Source of the DNA: Lysobacterales bacterium
GTDB taxonomy: Bacteria; Pseudomonadota; Gammaproteobacteria; Xanthomonadales; SZUA-38
NCBI GenBank assembly: GCA_045106555.1
Contig: JBGCET010000002.1
Coordinates: 135,752-199,751 of the forward strand
Direction of reading: 5' to 3'
Length of the DNA stretch: 64,000 nucleotides
The notes beneath the pieces were generated by a model. That model was given only the letters and a program-made list of their open reading frames with translations. It was not told the origin of the DNA and made no database searches. Both the position numbers and the translations under genes were made by a program. This document shows, one piece after another, positions 1 to 9,455 of this stretch (position 1 is the first letter of the stretch; each line of letters begins with the position of its first letter).

Positions 1-489
1 ACTGAGGCTAACCTTGGTGACGGTATTTTTCCCGCTCCTGATTATCTTTCCGCCGGTGGGAAGTGGGGTGTTGGGACGGATGCCAATACGCTGATTTCGG
101 TCAGCGAGGAGCTGCGAATGCTTGAACTCTCCCAGCGCTTGCGAGATCGTGAGCGAGTGGTCATGAGCAACGAACAAACCCCGTCCAACGGGCGCTTACT
201 CTATACCCAGGCAGCACAGGGTGGCGCCCAGGCGGCGGGCCGAAATTCTGGCAGTATCGAGGCAGGAAAGCTGGCGGACCTGGTGGCACTGGATGACGAG
301 GATTACTGGCTGACAGGGCTGACGGGTGACCGCGTTCTCGACACCTGGATTTTCGCCTGCACCGGTAACCCGGTCAGCGACGTGTGGTCGGCGGGTCGCC
401 ATATGGTTACCCAGGGACGGCATGTACAGCGAGATCGCATTGCCAAGCCATTTACCGAAACGATGAAATCACTCAGACAATCCCTGTGA
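1..489 (+). CDS. hutF: Formimidoylglutamate (N-formimino-L-glutamate) deiminase, C-terminal fragment; the 5' end lies upstream of the window
   Basis: Frame 1 is open from nt 1 to TGA 487-489. The translation TEANLGDGIFPAPDYLSAGGKWGVGTDANTLISVSEELRMLELSQRLRDRER...AGKLADLVALD...SAGRHMV tracks the C-terminal third of Pseudomonas-type HutF. hutC follows directly. Confidence 0.85.
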   Translation, partial: TEANLGDGIFPAPDYLSAGGKWGVGTDANTLISVSEELRMLELSQRLRDRERVVMSNEQTPSNGRLLYTQAAQGGAQAAGRNSGSIEAGKLADLVALDDEDYWLTGLTGDRVLDTWIFACTGNPVSDVWSAGRHMVTQGRHVQRDRIAKPFTETMKSLRQSL

Positions 490-1178
490 GCCAAACCTCC
501 CATTCCCAACTACGCGAATCCATCCTGACGCGAATCAAGTCGGGTGAATGGCAGCTGGGAGAACGCATCCCTGACGAAACCGCCCTGGCGGATGAGTACG
601 GCTGTGCCCGCACCACCGTCAACCGCGCGCTGCAGGCGTTGGCAAAGGAAGGGCTGCTGGTGCGCAAACGTAAGGGCGGCACCCGGGTGTGCCAAATGCC
701 GGTGCGCCAGGCCAAATTTGAGATCCCTATTGTTAGAGAACAAATTGAGGATGCCGGCAAGGATTACCGCCACAAGGTTGTGAGTAAGAAGTCCGTGGTG
801 CCGCCGGCGAACATTCGGTCCCGGCTGAAACTACCGGCGTCAGATCGAGCCTTTTACCTGGAGACGCTGTTTCTGGGTTCAGGCAAAGCGTTTGCGTTCG
901 AACAGCGCTGGGTCAACCTGCAGGCCGCACCAGAAATTCTTGAGGCTCCGCTGGACGATATCAGCGCCAATGAGTGGTTGGTGAAAAGCGTGCCATTTTC
1001 CAGTGCGCAGGTGGCGTTCAGTGCTACCAACGCTTCGGCCTGCGTAGCGAAAGTGATGGACGTAGAGCTTGGACGTGCATTGTTTACTGTCGATCGAACC
1101 ACCTGGCTGAATGAGGTTTTTATCACGGCAGTGCAGCTGCACTACTATCCGGGTTATCAGCTTACCTCGGAGGTTTAG
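486..1178 (+). CDS. hutC: GntR/HutC-family histidine utilization repressor
   Basis: GntR winged-helix segment RIPDETALADEYGCARTTVNRALQALAKEGLLVRKRKGGTRV plus a UTRA-like C-terminal domain. The likely start is GTG 486, which overlaps the hutF stop (GTGA). The ORF-track start at 384 lies inside hutF. Confidence 0.85.
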   Translation: MSQTSHSQLRESILTRIKSGEWQLGERIPDETALADEYGCARTTVNRALQALAKEGLLVRKRKGGTRVCQMPVRQAKFEIPIVREQIEDAGKDYRHKVVSKKSVVPPANIRSRLKLPASDRAFYLETLFLGSGKAFAFEQRWVNLQAAPEILEAPLDDISANEWLVKSVPFSSAQVAFSATNASACVAKVMDVELGRALFTVDRTTWLNEVFITAVQLHYYPGYQLTSEV

Positions 1179-1207
1179 CGCTTTCACGGCGCCGCCGGTT
1201 TTGGCTG

Positions 1208-2215
1208 GTGACCAATGTGTGGTGTGATGGGCGTATGCCAAAGCGCCAGCCCCATACGCCATTACAGAAGTTTATCGATGCCATGCCGGACATCTCCGGC
1301 AACACCGTGAACGGTTTGGGTGAGAATGAAAAGCGCCAGGCCTCACCCTTTTTCTGGCATCCACCTAAACGACAATCCCACGGAAAACTCCAGGCTGAGG
1401 TGATTGGGGAATTGCAATCGGTGCCAGAGCTGGCGACGATTTTCTCCCCTGACCCACCCGGTGGCCGTGGCCCGAAAGCCGTTGAGCAGGCTCAGCAGCC
1501 GCAGTCAGCCTCACCGTCACAGTGGAGCGCTCGCCTGAAGGAATTTGCGCTTGCTAACGAGGCCGACCTTGTGGGGATTGCTGCGATGGATCCAGCTTTC
1601 GTTTACGACGGTTACCAGCTCGCCGATCCCTGGGTCATTGTGGTGGGCGTGGGCATGAACTACGAGCAGCTGGCGCAAACTCCCGCCACTCGGGAAAATC
1701 CCATTGGGGCTGAAGTTGTGGGGGAAGAATACAATCGGGCGTCTCGCGCTTGCCGCAAGCTCGCCAACTTCATCCTTGAATCAGGTTTTGATGCTAAACC
1801 CTGGCCTGGGCCTTACGCTTCAGCCCTCAACATGGTGCCCGCTGCGATTGCAGCAGGCCTAGGGGAGTTGGGCAAACACGGATCCATTATTAATCGAACT
1901 CTGGGTTCACGATTCCGCCTGTCGGCGGTCACCACCTCGATGCCGCTGACGGCCGACCAGCCCGATGAGTTTGGCATTGACGACTACTGCAGCCGCTGCA
2001 ACGCCTGCACCCGGGCCTGTCCACCGGACGCTATTTTTGAAGAAAAACAAATGGTCCGGGGTGAACGCAAATGGTATGTAGATTTTGACCGGTGCATTCC
2101 GTACTTCGGCGAGACCTTTGGCTGCGGCATTTGCATTGTGCACTGCCCTTGGTCTCGGCCCGGCATTGCGGACAATATCCTGGCTAAGCTGAAGAAAAGA
2201 CAGCCAGACTCATAG
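1208..2215 (+). CDS. 4Fe-4S dicluster protein, epoxyqueuosine reductase (QueG)/reductive dehalogenase-like
   Basis: Two ferredoxin-type cysteine motifs, CSRCNACTRACPPDA and CGICIVHCPW. The core begins at LKEFALANEADLVGIA. The start is uncertain: GTG 1208, or ATG 1235 in the same frame. Confidence 0.6.
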   Translation: MTNVWCDGRMPKRQPHTPLQKFIDAMPDISGNTVNGLGENEKRQASPFFWHPPKRQSHGKLQAEVIGELQSVPELATIFSPDPPGGRGPKAVEQAQQPQSASPSQWSARLKEFALANEADLVGIAAMDPAFVYDGYQLADPWVIVVGVGMNYEQLAQTPATRENPIGAEVVGEEYNRASRACRKLANFILESGFDAKPWPGPYASALNMVPAAIAAGLGELGKHGSIINRTLGSRFRLSAVTTSMPLTADQPDEFGIDDYCSRCNACTRACPPDAIFEEKQMVRGERKWYVDFDRCIPYFGETFGCGICIVHCPWSRPGIADNILAKLKKRQPDS

Positions 2216-2228
2216 CGTAAAAACGTCG

Positions 2229-3086
2229 CTAGCCTGTGAAGGCTTGGCGGTAGTCAGCAACAAATTGCTGCAGGCTGCCCGGCGTGTGTCCCAGCAGGTT
2301 TTTCAAGTCATCGCTTTGTTCGTCCAGCGATCCTGCGGCTATTTCCCCAAACAGTTCGCACACGCCATTCAGCTGCCAGGGGTCTTTAACAAACCCTGAG
2401 AGCACTTCACGAAACTCCTCTGCCGACTGGGGTATGTACCGCACGGGCTTATCCAGCGTGTCGGACATAATTTGCGCGGCCTGTTCAAAGGTGATCAGGT
2501 CTGGACCGGTCAGCGCATAGGTTTGATTGCGGTGGGCCAAGTCGGTGAGTGAGATCGCTGCAGCGACGCCCACGTCGCGAGTATCCACCATGGCTGTTTT
2601 GGCTTGCCCCAGGGGCAATGCAAAAAGCCCGGCGTTAGCAATCGCGCCAGCATACATCAGCATGTTTTGCATATAAAAATTGGGCCGCAGAAACGTCCAC
2701 TGAAGATCAAGCGCGCTGATGTGCTGCTCGGTTTCATAATGACTGCGGGGAAAGGCCGCGGAAACCTCAGGGCCCGCTTCCATAGAAGACACTTTAACTA
2801 GGTGCTGCACACCGGCGGCGGCAGCCGCAGACGCAAACTGTCGTTCCATTGTGGGTTGTCCAGCGCTGTTGGCCACTACCAGCAACGCGCTGGTGACCCC
2901 GGCCAGGGCCTTTTGCACATCATCTTCGTTGGCCAGATCGCCAACCACCACCTCAATGTCTGCACCCGCTGAAGGTGAGAATTTGCTGGCATCACGAACC
3001 AGCACCCGATGGTCGATATGGTTTTGCGCCAAATGGGCGCTAGCTGCGCCGCCGACTCTACCCGTGGCTCCAAGTACTAAGATCAT
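2229..3086 (-). CDS. NmrA-family NAD(P)-binding oxidoreductase
   Basis: N-terminal Rossmann motif MILVLGATGRVGG. ATG 3086 overlaps the stop of the upstream MFS gene (ATGA). The longer ORF extending to 3140 is rejected. Confidence 0.8.
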   Translation of the reverse strand: MILVLGATGRVGGAASAHLAQNHIDHRVLVRDASKFSPSAGADIEVVVGDLANEDDVQKALAGVTSALLVVANSAGQPTMERQFASAAAAAGVQHLVKVSSMEAGPEVSAAFPRSHYETEQHISALDLQWTFLRPNFYMQNMLMYAGAIANAGLFALPLGQAKTAMVDTRDVGVAAAISLTDLAHRNQTYALTGPDLITFEQAAQIMSDTLDKPVRYIPQSAEEFREVLSGFVKDPWQLNGVCELFGEIAAGSLDEQSDDLKNLLGHTPGSLQQFVADYRQAFTG

Positions 3087-4315
3087 GGTGTATTCATCCG
3101 AGATTTTGAGGGGTTTGCCAACATCATGGCAGCGATACAAATTACTGCAACCATCACCACTGCGGTCATCAGGTTGAATGCAGATTGATAGTTGCCTGAC
3201 TGATCTCTAAGCAGTGCCACAATCCGGGTGCCGGCCCCGCCAGCGAGGGAGTCGAGCATCACCACGATGGCAAGAATCTTGCCGTAAGACGGTCCGGCGA
3301 AGTGCTCTGCTACCAGCAACTGAACCATCGTGAACGCGCCGCTGAAGCCGATGCCGGTAATGGCGGCATAAATGTACAACAGCGATACATCGTCAGCCTG
3401 GATAAATCGCAGCACCAGCAGTCCGGCTAACAAGGTGGCAATGGACAACAGCATCACTATCGACTTGTTCAGATAGTCGCTGAGCCCGCCAAAGCCCAGC
3501 TTGCCGACAATGGAGCAGAGAAAAAAGACCGAGAACATATCCGGCAATCGGGATCGTTCCACGCCTAAATCCCGACCTAAATAAAGGGCCTGATGTTGCA
3601 GCAGAGCAACGATGGAAAACCACAGCGCCGCGGTAGCAATCACAATGAGGTAAAACATAGGGCTTCGCAGCGCATTCGACAGGGTGACGCCTGGACCTGA
3701 TTGCGCAGACTGGGGGTCATCGATAATCGGTAGTTTGCCTGCTCCAGAGGTCTTATCACGAATCAGCCACCCTACTGCAGGCATACAAAACGCGGTGCCC
3801 GCGACAGCTACCCACAGCAGTGCCTGGCGCCAGCCTCCGGCTTCGATGCCTCGACTCAAAATTTGTGGGAACAGTGCCCCGCCCAGACTGGATGCCATCA
3901 GCAAGAGACCAGTGGCTCGCCCTCGTTGATCGTCAAACCAGCGCGTAAGGACCACCATACTGGCGGTTAATCCACACAGCGACAGGAACAGGCCAAACAT
4001 CAGGTAAACCGTCACCACCTGCCACAGGGTCTGGGCGACGCTGAACGTCAGCAGGCTGGCGAACAGGCCGACCAGGCCCAGGGTCAGAATGCGGTGAGGA
4101 GAAAATCGATCCAGCGCCACTCCCGCTGGCGGCGAGGTGACTGCGCCGAACACAAAAAACACGGTGGCAGGCAGGGTCAGCTGAGCCGTAGTCCAGCCAA
4201 ACTCATCGCCTAGCAACGGATAAATTAGCGGCAGGGTATGAACCACAATCCCGTTGGTTGTGGCGTAAACGCCCACCAGTCCCAGCAACACCCACCAGCG
4301 TTTTTGTACAGTCAT
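3083..4315 (-). CDS. MFS transporter
   Basis: 410 aa with about 12 hydrophobic segments and the typical MFS loop DRFSPHRIL. It is coupled to the downstream NmrA gene. Confidence 0.8.
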   Translation of the reverse strand: MTVQKRWWVLLGLVGVYATTNGIVVHTLPLIYPLLGDEFGWTTAQLTLPATVFFVFGAVTSPPAGVALDRFSPHRILTLGLVGLFASLLTFSVAQTLWQVVTVYLMFGLFLSLCGLTASMVVLTRWFDDQRGRATGLLLMASSLGGALFPQILSRGIEAGGWRQALLWVAVAGTAFCMPAVGWLIRDKTSGAGKLPIIDDPQSAQSGPGVTLSNALRSPMFYLIVIATAALWFSIVALLQHQALYLGRDLGVERSRLPDMFSVFFLCSIVGKLGFGGLSDYLNKSIVMLLSIATLLAGLLVLRFIQADDVSLLYIYAAITGIGFSGAFTMVQLLVAEHFAGPSYGKILAIVVMLDSLAGGAGTRIVALLRDQSGNYQSAFNLMTAVVMVAVICIAAMMLANPSKSRMNTP

Positions 4316-4435
4316 AGTGATGGCCGCAGAGTACCGGCTGGCATGGGTTCGTTGGTCCTACGCATAAGACCTCATCATTGCATTTATTCGGCAAATGGCC
4401 CAACGTCTGTCTGAATTACCGCCAGAACTTGGGCC

Positions 4436-5599
4436 GTGGCATTGCAGCAAGTAAAAATCGCGATTGTGGGCGGCGGCATTGGCGGCCTGGCAACGGCCGT
4501 AGCGTTGCATCAGCGAGGACTTACGCCCCACGTGTATGAACAGGCTCAGGCGCTTGGCGAGGTAGGCGCCGGGCTCACCATCAGCGCCAGCGCTACTTTG
4601 GCATTGAACGCCTTGAACCTAGGCGATCAACTCGCTGATCTTGAGCCCTATACGCCCCATTTCGGCGCGCTGGATCCGCAGTCGGGTGCAAGGCGCAGTT
4701 ACGAAGCGCGTGATCTTAAGGCCTATGTTGCCCGCTTTGGTGAGTCCACCCGCCACGTACATCGCGCAGACCTCCATCAGCTGTTGGCCAATGCATTGCC
4801 TGACGGCTGCGTGAGTACCCATCACCGCGTTGAGCGAATCGAAACTACCGAATCGGGTTCGCGACTGGTGTTTGCCGATCAGTCACCCGTCGAAGCAAAT
4901 CTTGTGGTGGCTTGTGACGGCTTGAAATCGGTAATTCGCGAGCAGCAGTTTTCGCCGGCACCAGCCACCTTTACCGGCTTCGTCGCGTGGCGTGGGCTGG
5001 TGGACCGGCAGGCGCTGCCAGATCTTTGTTTAGATCCGCATTTTGCGACCTTTGCCTCTAAAGATCGCTTGTTCGCCCGCTATCCCCTGCGCCGAGGGTC
5101 CCTGATTAACTATGTGGCCATTGCCCGTAAACCGGACTTCACCGCCGAGAGCTGGCACAGCCACGCGGAGATTGACGAGGTACTGGCAGAATTCGCCGGG
5201 TGGCACTCAGACGTTACCCGCCTGATTTCAGCCACGCCTGAGGGTTGCTGCATGAAATGGGCGCTTTACACCCGCCAGCCGCTGCAGCGCTGGGTCACCG
5301 ATCGGGTTTGCCTGCTGGGTGACGCCGCCCATCCCATGACGCCGTTTTACGGTATGGGCGCGGCTATGGCCATTGAGGATGGGCTGGTGTTGGCTCGCTG
5401 TCTGGCTGACAGCGTTGAGGTTGATCAGGCGTTAGCGCGTTTCGAAAAGGCACGGCTGGAACGCGGTAACCAGATGCAGCGGGTTAGCTTGGAGCGGGCC
5501 GAAACCTACATGGGGAAAAACCCTTCCCAGCGCCACAAACCGCCGGCTGCCGGGCTGCAGAACCAGATGGACTACAACCCGGCAACCGTGCCCGTCTAG
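4436..5599 (+). CDS. FAD-dependent aromatic-ring monooxygenase (salicylate/3-hydroxybenzoate hydroxylase-like)
   Basis: Dinucleotide-binding motif KIAIVGGGIGGLATA and FAD fingerprint GDAAHPMTPFYGMGAAMAIEDG. Confidence 0.85.
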   Translation: MALQQVKIAIVGGGIGGLATAVALHQRGLTPHVYEQAQALGEVGAGLTISASATLALNALNLGDQLADLEPYTPHFGALDPQSGARRSYEARDLKAYVARFGESTRHVHRADLHQLLANALPDGCVSTHHRVERIETTESGSRLVFADQSPVEANLVVACDGLKSVIREQQFSPAPATFTGFVAWRGLVDRQALPDLCLDPHFATFASKDRLFARYPLRRGSLINYVAIARKPDFTAESWHSHAEIDEVLAEFAGWHSDVTRLISATPEGCCMKWALYTRQPLQRWVTDRVCLLGDAAHPMTPFYGMGAAMAIEDGLVLARCLADSVEVDQALARFEKARLERGNQMQRVSLERAETYMGKNPSQRHKPPAAGLQNQMDYNPATVPV

Positions 5600-6684
5600 C
5601 CTCGCGGTGTGCCGATGGCCACTGGGCGAATGGGAGAGCCAGAAGCGCCTTTGGAACGCAGTGGCAATATCATTGTGCACGACAGCCAGACCTGATCTTT
5701 GGCCAGTTCGTCCAGCTTCATGTTCTGAATCTGATGAATGCCCGATTGGGTCAGGTTGTGGTGGTGGATGGCAAACGGCAGTCCTGCGGGCGTACCTTCC
5801 GGCGGTGGCGCCTTGCCCGCCAGCGCACCTTCGTTGACTGGGTCGGTGAACGGGTTATCCAACGCTACCAGCACCACCTGGCTTTCTTCAATCATCAGCG
5901 CCGCGTCATAGGACAGCCCGGGGCCTTTGGTGTAGTACTCGTCGGACTCCCAGATATCGCTCCAGCCGGTATAGATGTACAGCACGTCACCAGCCATCAA
6001 GCCTCGCCAGCCCAGACCCTGGGCCTCCAGCATGGCCTTGATGTCGTCAGCGGTAATCAGCTGGCCGGCTTTCAGCGCGTTGCCGCCGCCCAGATGAGCG
6101 CGAGCGTCCAGCAGAACGGCGCTGGTAACAATCGGTGGCACTTGCTCCATACCCAGCTTCAGCAGTGGCGATTGGGGTGTGGGCTTTACCTGCTGCTGGC
6201 TGTAGCCACCGTAGTAGCTGGCGTCGTCAGCCGGAAACGGTGGTGTGCCGTCCCAGGGCTTGCTTAAGTAAGCAAAATGGCCCAACGCGTCCATCTGGGT
6301 GCCCTGGGCGCCGGGTTCTCCAGTGGCAATCTGCTCGCCGTTAAACGCGTGCTGGGTATAAGGAATGCCGACGGTGGGGCGGTATTCATACTGCAAAGGC
6401 GCGCCAAACGGCGACTGTGTCATATCGTTGGCGCGCACATGAGACAGTTCATAGCTGCGAGCATTGGGTGCGCCAAGGTAGTGGCCGCAGCGGGCCCAGG
6501 TGCCGGCGCCAAGGGTGTTGGCCATGCCGCGTTGGTCGCCGTCAGGCCAGGGGCCGGTGTTCACCATCGCGGCAGACTTCTCGGTGACGGACGTTTCAGT
6601 GTTGCCGCCAGTGGAGCTGGCACAGCCGGCGAGCAAGGTCAAAGTGGCAGCGCCGGCTAAGGCCCAATTATTGGATAACTTCAT
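5596..6684 (-). CDS. Cyclase-family (arylformamidase-like) lipoprotein
   Basis: Lipobox LLAGC after a hydrophobic N-terminus. GTQMDALGHF resembles the cyclase-family metal motif. It is the last gene of the SDR-symporter operon. Confidence 0.6.
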   Translation of the reverse strand: MKLSNNWALAGAATLTLLAGCASSTGGNTETSVTEKSAAMVNTGPWPDGDQRGMANTLGAGTWARCGHYLGAPNARSYELSHVRANDMTQSPFGAPLQYEYRPTVGIPYTQHAFNGEQIATGEPGAQGTQMDALGHFAYLSKPWDGTPPFPADDASYYGGYSQQQVKPTPQSPLLKLGMEQVPPIVTSAVLLDARAHLGGGNALKAGQLITADDIKAMLEAQGLGWRGLMAGDVLYIYTGWSDIWESDEYYTKGPGLSYDAALMIEESQVVLVALDNPFTDPVNEGALAGKAPPPEGTPAGLPFAIHHHNLTQSGIHQIQNMKLDELAKDQVWLSCTMILPLRSKGASGSPIRPVAIGTPRG

Positions 6685-6724
6685 CGTTGTTTCTCCGGGT
6701 AACCATTAATCGTAATTTTTGGCG

Positions 6725-6838
6725 CTAGGGCTTTCTGCCAGTCCAGATCCGCCAGCAGTCAAACAACAACACGGCCAGCATTAAACCGGGTACGCCAAGC
6801 AACAGCCAGAAACTCTCCGCCGGTAATCCTAAAATCAT
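6725..6838 (-). CDS. Candidate 37-aa single-pass membrane micro-protein, below the ORF-track cutoff
   Basis: Own translation: MILGLPAESFWLLLGVPGLMLAVLLFDCWRIWTGRKP. The ATG overlaps the symporter stop (ATGA), and a GAGGA Shine-Dalgarno sequence sits 6 nt upstream. Confidence 0.4.
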   Translation of the reverse strand: MILGLPAESFWLLLGVPGLMLAVLLFDCWRIWTGRKP

Positions 6839-8277
6839 GCCGCGTCCTCAAAGTATTTATCGATGGCGTGCTGACTGACGGGTTTGGTGAACAGGGCCAC
6901 CGCCGCCATCAGCACCGCCGCCACTCCTAATCCTGCAACTCCGGGGTGCAGGCCTGCCGTCCAGGGTGCCCCTTTGAGCGTGCCGATAATCCATACAACA
7001 CAGGCCAACGTGCCACCAATGGAAGAAGTGAGGGCCGCTTCCCTGCTGAGTTTCTTCGATGTGAGTCCGATCAGCAACGGCAGGAAAAACGCCGAGCCCA
7101 CCAGGGCTATAGCGAATGACACGATGCGCAAGATGAGCGCAATGTCGGGTATCGCAAGGACAAACGCCACGGCCCCCACAACCACAATGGCCAGACGGGA
7201 AATCAACAGATACTGGCGTTCATCGCGCACCACGCCTCGGGGTTCGTCCCAGCAACGACGAACCAGATCATGGGCAATGGCAGACCCGGACATCAGTAGC
7301 AGAGAGTCTGTCGTGGACATGGCGGCGCTGGCGATGCCGGTAAGCGCGACGGCTGCCAGAGCGGGCGTTAACAGCTGGCCGACTAGTACTGGGAAAGCTT
7401 GATCTGGCGAGGCGATCTGGTCCCACACCAAAACCCGGGCAGCCGCGCCAAGATAAAAGTTGCCGTAGAGCAAAAAGACCATCACCAAACCGATGGTGAT
7501 GGGTATCGACATTCTGGCGATGCGGTCATCTCGGGCCGCAAACATTTTGGTCACCAGCTCAATCCGGGTGCTGTACGCCACAAACCAGATGAAATACCAG
7601 CTCAGCATGTAGCTGGTTGACCAGGCAACGCCGGTGGGGGAGGTCCAGCCTGGAGCCACCGCCTCCACCTGCGTGAGCACGGAGTTCCATCCACCGACTG
7701 CTTTGAAAACGAAGGGGACCAAAATCAGCAGGCCGGCCCACATGAAGAGAAACTGTGCGACATTGGTCCACACCACCGCCAGCAGGCCACCCAAGGCCAC
7801 GTAACCCACGAAGATAATGGTGCCAATCACCAAGCACAACATGAAATCCAAGCCCAACAGCTGCTCCAGAATGAACGCCATTCCGCGTAACTGGGCAATC
7901 AAATAGATGATACTGGATACCGCGACTACCAGGGCACTCCAGGCGCGCAGGCCACGGCTGTCAAACCGGTCGCCCATGTAGTCAGGAATGGTAAATCCAC
8001 CGGAACGGCGAAGTTTTTTGGCGAAGACATAAAAGATAATGGCCGCGCCACCAACAAAAGAAATGTACGGAAGGATGGCGACGCCGCCGAATTTGCCAGC
8101 AAAAGCGACCCCACTAAGAATGGCGCCGCCGTGCATGATGGCCGCCATGTTGGCCATAATCATGATCGGTAGCCCGAAGCTGCGCCCGGCTACCCAAAAA
8201 TCGGCACCGGAGGTTTGGCGACGAGATGCCACCAGGCCAATGACCACCACCAGCACAAGGTAGAGGCCAAAAATCAT
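6835..8277 (-). CDS. Sodium:solute symporter (SSS family)
   Basis: 480 aa and polytopic, with SSS-like N-terminal segments (DFWVAGRSFG..., GGFTIPDYMGDRF). Confidence 0.85.
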   Translation of the reverse strand: MIFGLYLVLVVVIGLVASRRQTSGADFWVAGRSFGLPIMIMANMAAIMHGGAILSGVAFAGKFGGVAILPYISFVGGAAIIFYVFAKKLRRSGGFTIPDYMGDRFDSRGLRAWSALVVAVSSIIYLIAQLRGMAFILEQLLGLDFMLCLVIGTIIFVGYVALGGLLAVVWTNVAQFLFMWAGLLILVPFVFKAVGGWNSVLTQVEAVAPGWTSPTGVAWSTSYMLSWYFIWFVAYSTRIELVTKMFAARDDRIARMSIPITIGLVMVFLLYGNFYLGAAARVLVWDQIASPDQAFPVLVGQLLTPALAAVALTGIASAAMSTTDSLLLMSGSAIAHDLVRRCWDEPRGVVRDERQYLLISRLAIVVVGAVAFVLAIPDIALILRIVSFAIALVGSAFFLPLLIGLTSKKLSREAALTSSIGGTLACVVWIIGTLKGAPWTAGLHPGVAGLGVAAVLMAAVALFTKPVSQHAIDKYFEDAA

Positions 8278-8432
8278 CAGACCCAGGGATTGCTGTTCCA
8301 GTGGCTTACCCTCTTTACGTGGTTCTGCAGATTACTTTATCGCTAAAGCATACCGCAAACGCGCCATGAGTTGGTGGTTACCAATCGAATCAGGATACGG
8401 GTTACAAAGGTGAACCAACACAATCCTTTTGG

Positions 8433-9185
8433 TTAGGCCGCCGTCCAGCCGCCGTCCACCCTTAAACTATGTCCGGTCACCATGGCTGATGCATCGCTGG
8501 CCAGATAAAGCGCGGCGGCGGCCACATCATTGGGTTGCCCCACTTTTCCCAAAGGAATCATGCGATTCACGAAAGTCTGAAACTCCGGGTCCGCGAGCAT
8601 GGGCCGGGTTAGCGGTGTTTCGATGAAAGTAGGGGCAACGGCATTGACCCGAATTTTGTGCTCCGCTAACTCAACGGCCATGGCCTTGGTCAGCCCCTCT
8701 ACGGCGTGTTTAGTCATACAGTAAACGCTGCGATTGGGGGATCCGATGTGGCCCATTTGTGACGACATGTTGATGATTGACCCGCCGCCGGAGGTTTTCA
8801 TCATTACCCGGGTGGCTGCTTGGGCAGTTTTAAACATTGCACTGACGTTAAGCGTCATCACATCATCCAGGGTTTCTGCATCAACTTCGACGAAGGGCTG
8901 GGGTCTATTGGTTCCCGCGTTGTTGATAAGAATATCCAGCGACGACATTTGATCTAGTTCCGCGATAAACTCGGGTTGGGTCACATCCTGCAGCCATCCC
9001 TCCACTCGGCCCCGGCTGACAGTATTAATCTCGTCAAGGTCTGACTGGGTGCGAGCGACAGCGCGCACCGAAGCGCCCGCCTGGTCCAGCAGCAAAGCGA
9101 TGGCGCGGCCAATACCTCGGCCAGCGCCAGTAACAACTGCCGTGCGGCCAGACAAATTAAACAGCTGGGTGATTGTGTCGTTCAT
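8433..9185 (-). CDS. SDR-family oxidoreductase
   Basis: Cofactor motif VVTGAGRGIGRAIA, catalytic YCMTK (YxxxK), and NNAG. Confidence 0.9.
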   Translation of the reverse strand: MNDTITQLFNLSGRTAVVTGAGRGIGRAIALLLDQAGASVRAVARTQSDLDEINTVSRGRVEGWLQDVTQPEFIAELDQMSSLDILINNAGTNRPQPFVEVDAETLDDVMTLNVSAMFKTAQAATRVMMKTSGGGSIINMSSQMGHIGSPNRSVYCMTKHAVEGLTKAMAVELAEHKIRVNAVAPTFIETPLTRPMLADPEFQTFVNRMIPLGKVGQPNDVAAAALYLASDASAMVTGHSLRVDGGWTAA

Positions 9186-9455
9186 GATATGGACTGTGTC
9201 TCAGCGATAAGACAGCCTTCACTGTCGCCGATTCGAAGTCAAATTGATGCGGCAAATCGTGGCGAATTATGCATTTTTGGTATGGGAGCTGACATTACAG
9301 GGTCAGTGGACGTGATTTATCCGGTGCATAATGAACGTTCTACGCCTGGGCTGAATTTTTAGGCCGAGGCCGCGTCCAATTTACCCAAGGGTATGACTAA
9401 AAGCGTCGAGCTAATGCAGCCGCCTTCAGCCCTCTTGAGACAGGAACATTTTTTG

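Noticed and set aside
384-485. A 5' extension of hutC (ORF-track start at 384).
   Set aside because: It lies inside the hutF coding frame. GTG 486 gives the expected HutC N-terminus and a GTGA coupling with the hutF stop.
5596-5599. The convergent monooxygenase and cyclase genes overlap by 4 nt, with both stop codons drawn from the same CTAG tetranucleotide.
   Set aside because: The observation is real but trivial. It is a palindromic stop-stop overlap with no evident regulatory consequence.
5734-6660. Long ORFs antisense to or out of frame with the called genes. Examples are 5734-6267(+), 6277-6660(+), 9522-10214(-), 24227-24577(+), 30320-31024(+), 36255-37088(+), 37485-37958(+), 59070-60311(-) and 62993-63673(-).
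   Set aside because: Each lies entirely within a longer ORF that has clear family motifs. Their translations are Arg/Ala/Gly/Pro-rich low-complexity strings typical of shadow frames in GC-rich DNA. None has a recognisable motif or Shine-Dalgarno sequence.
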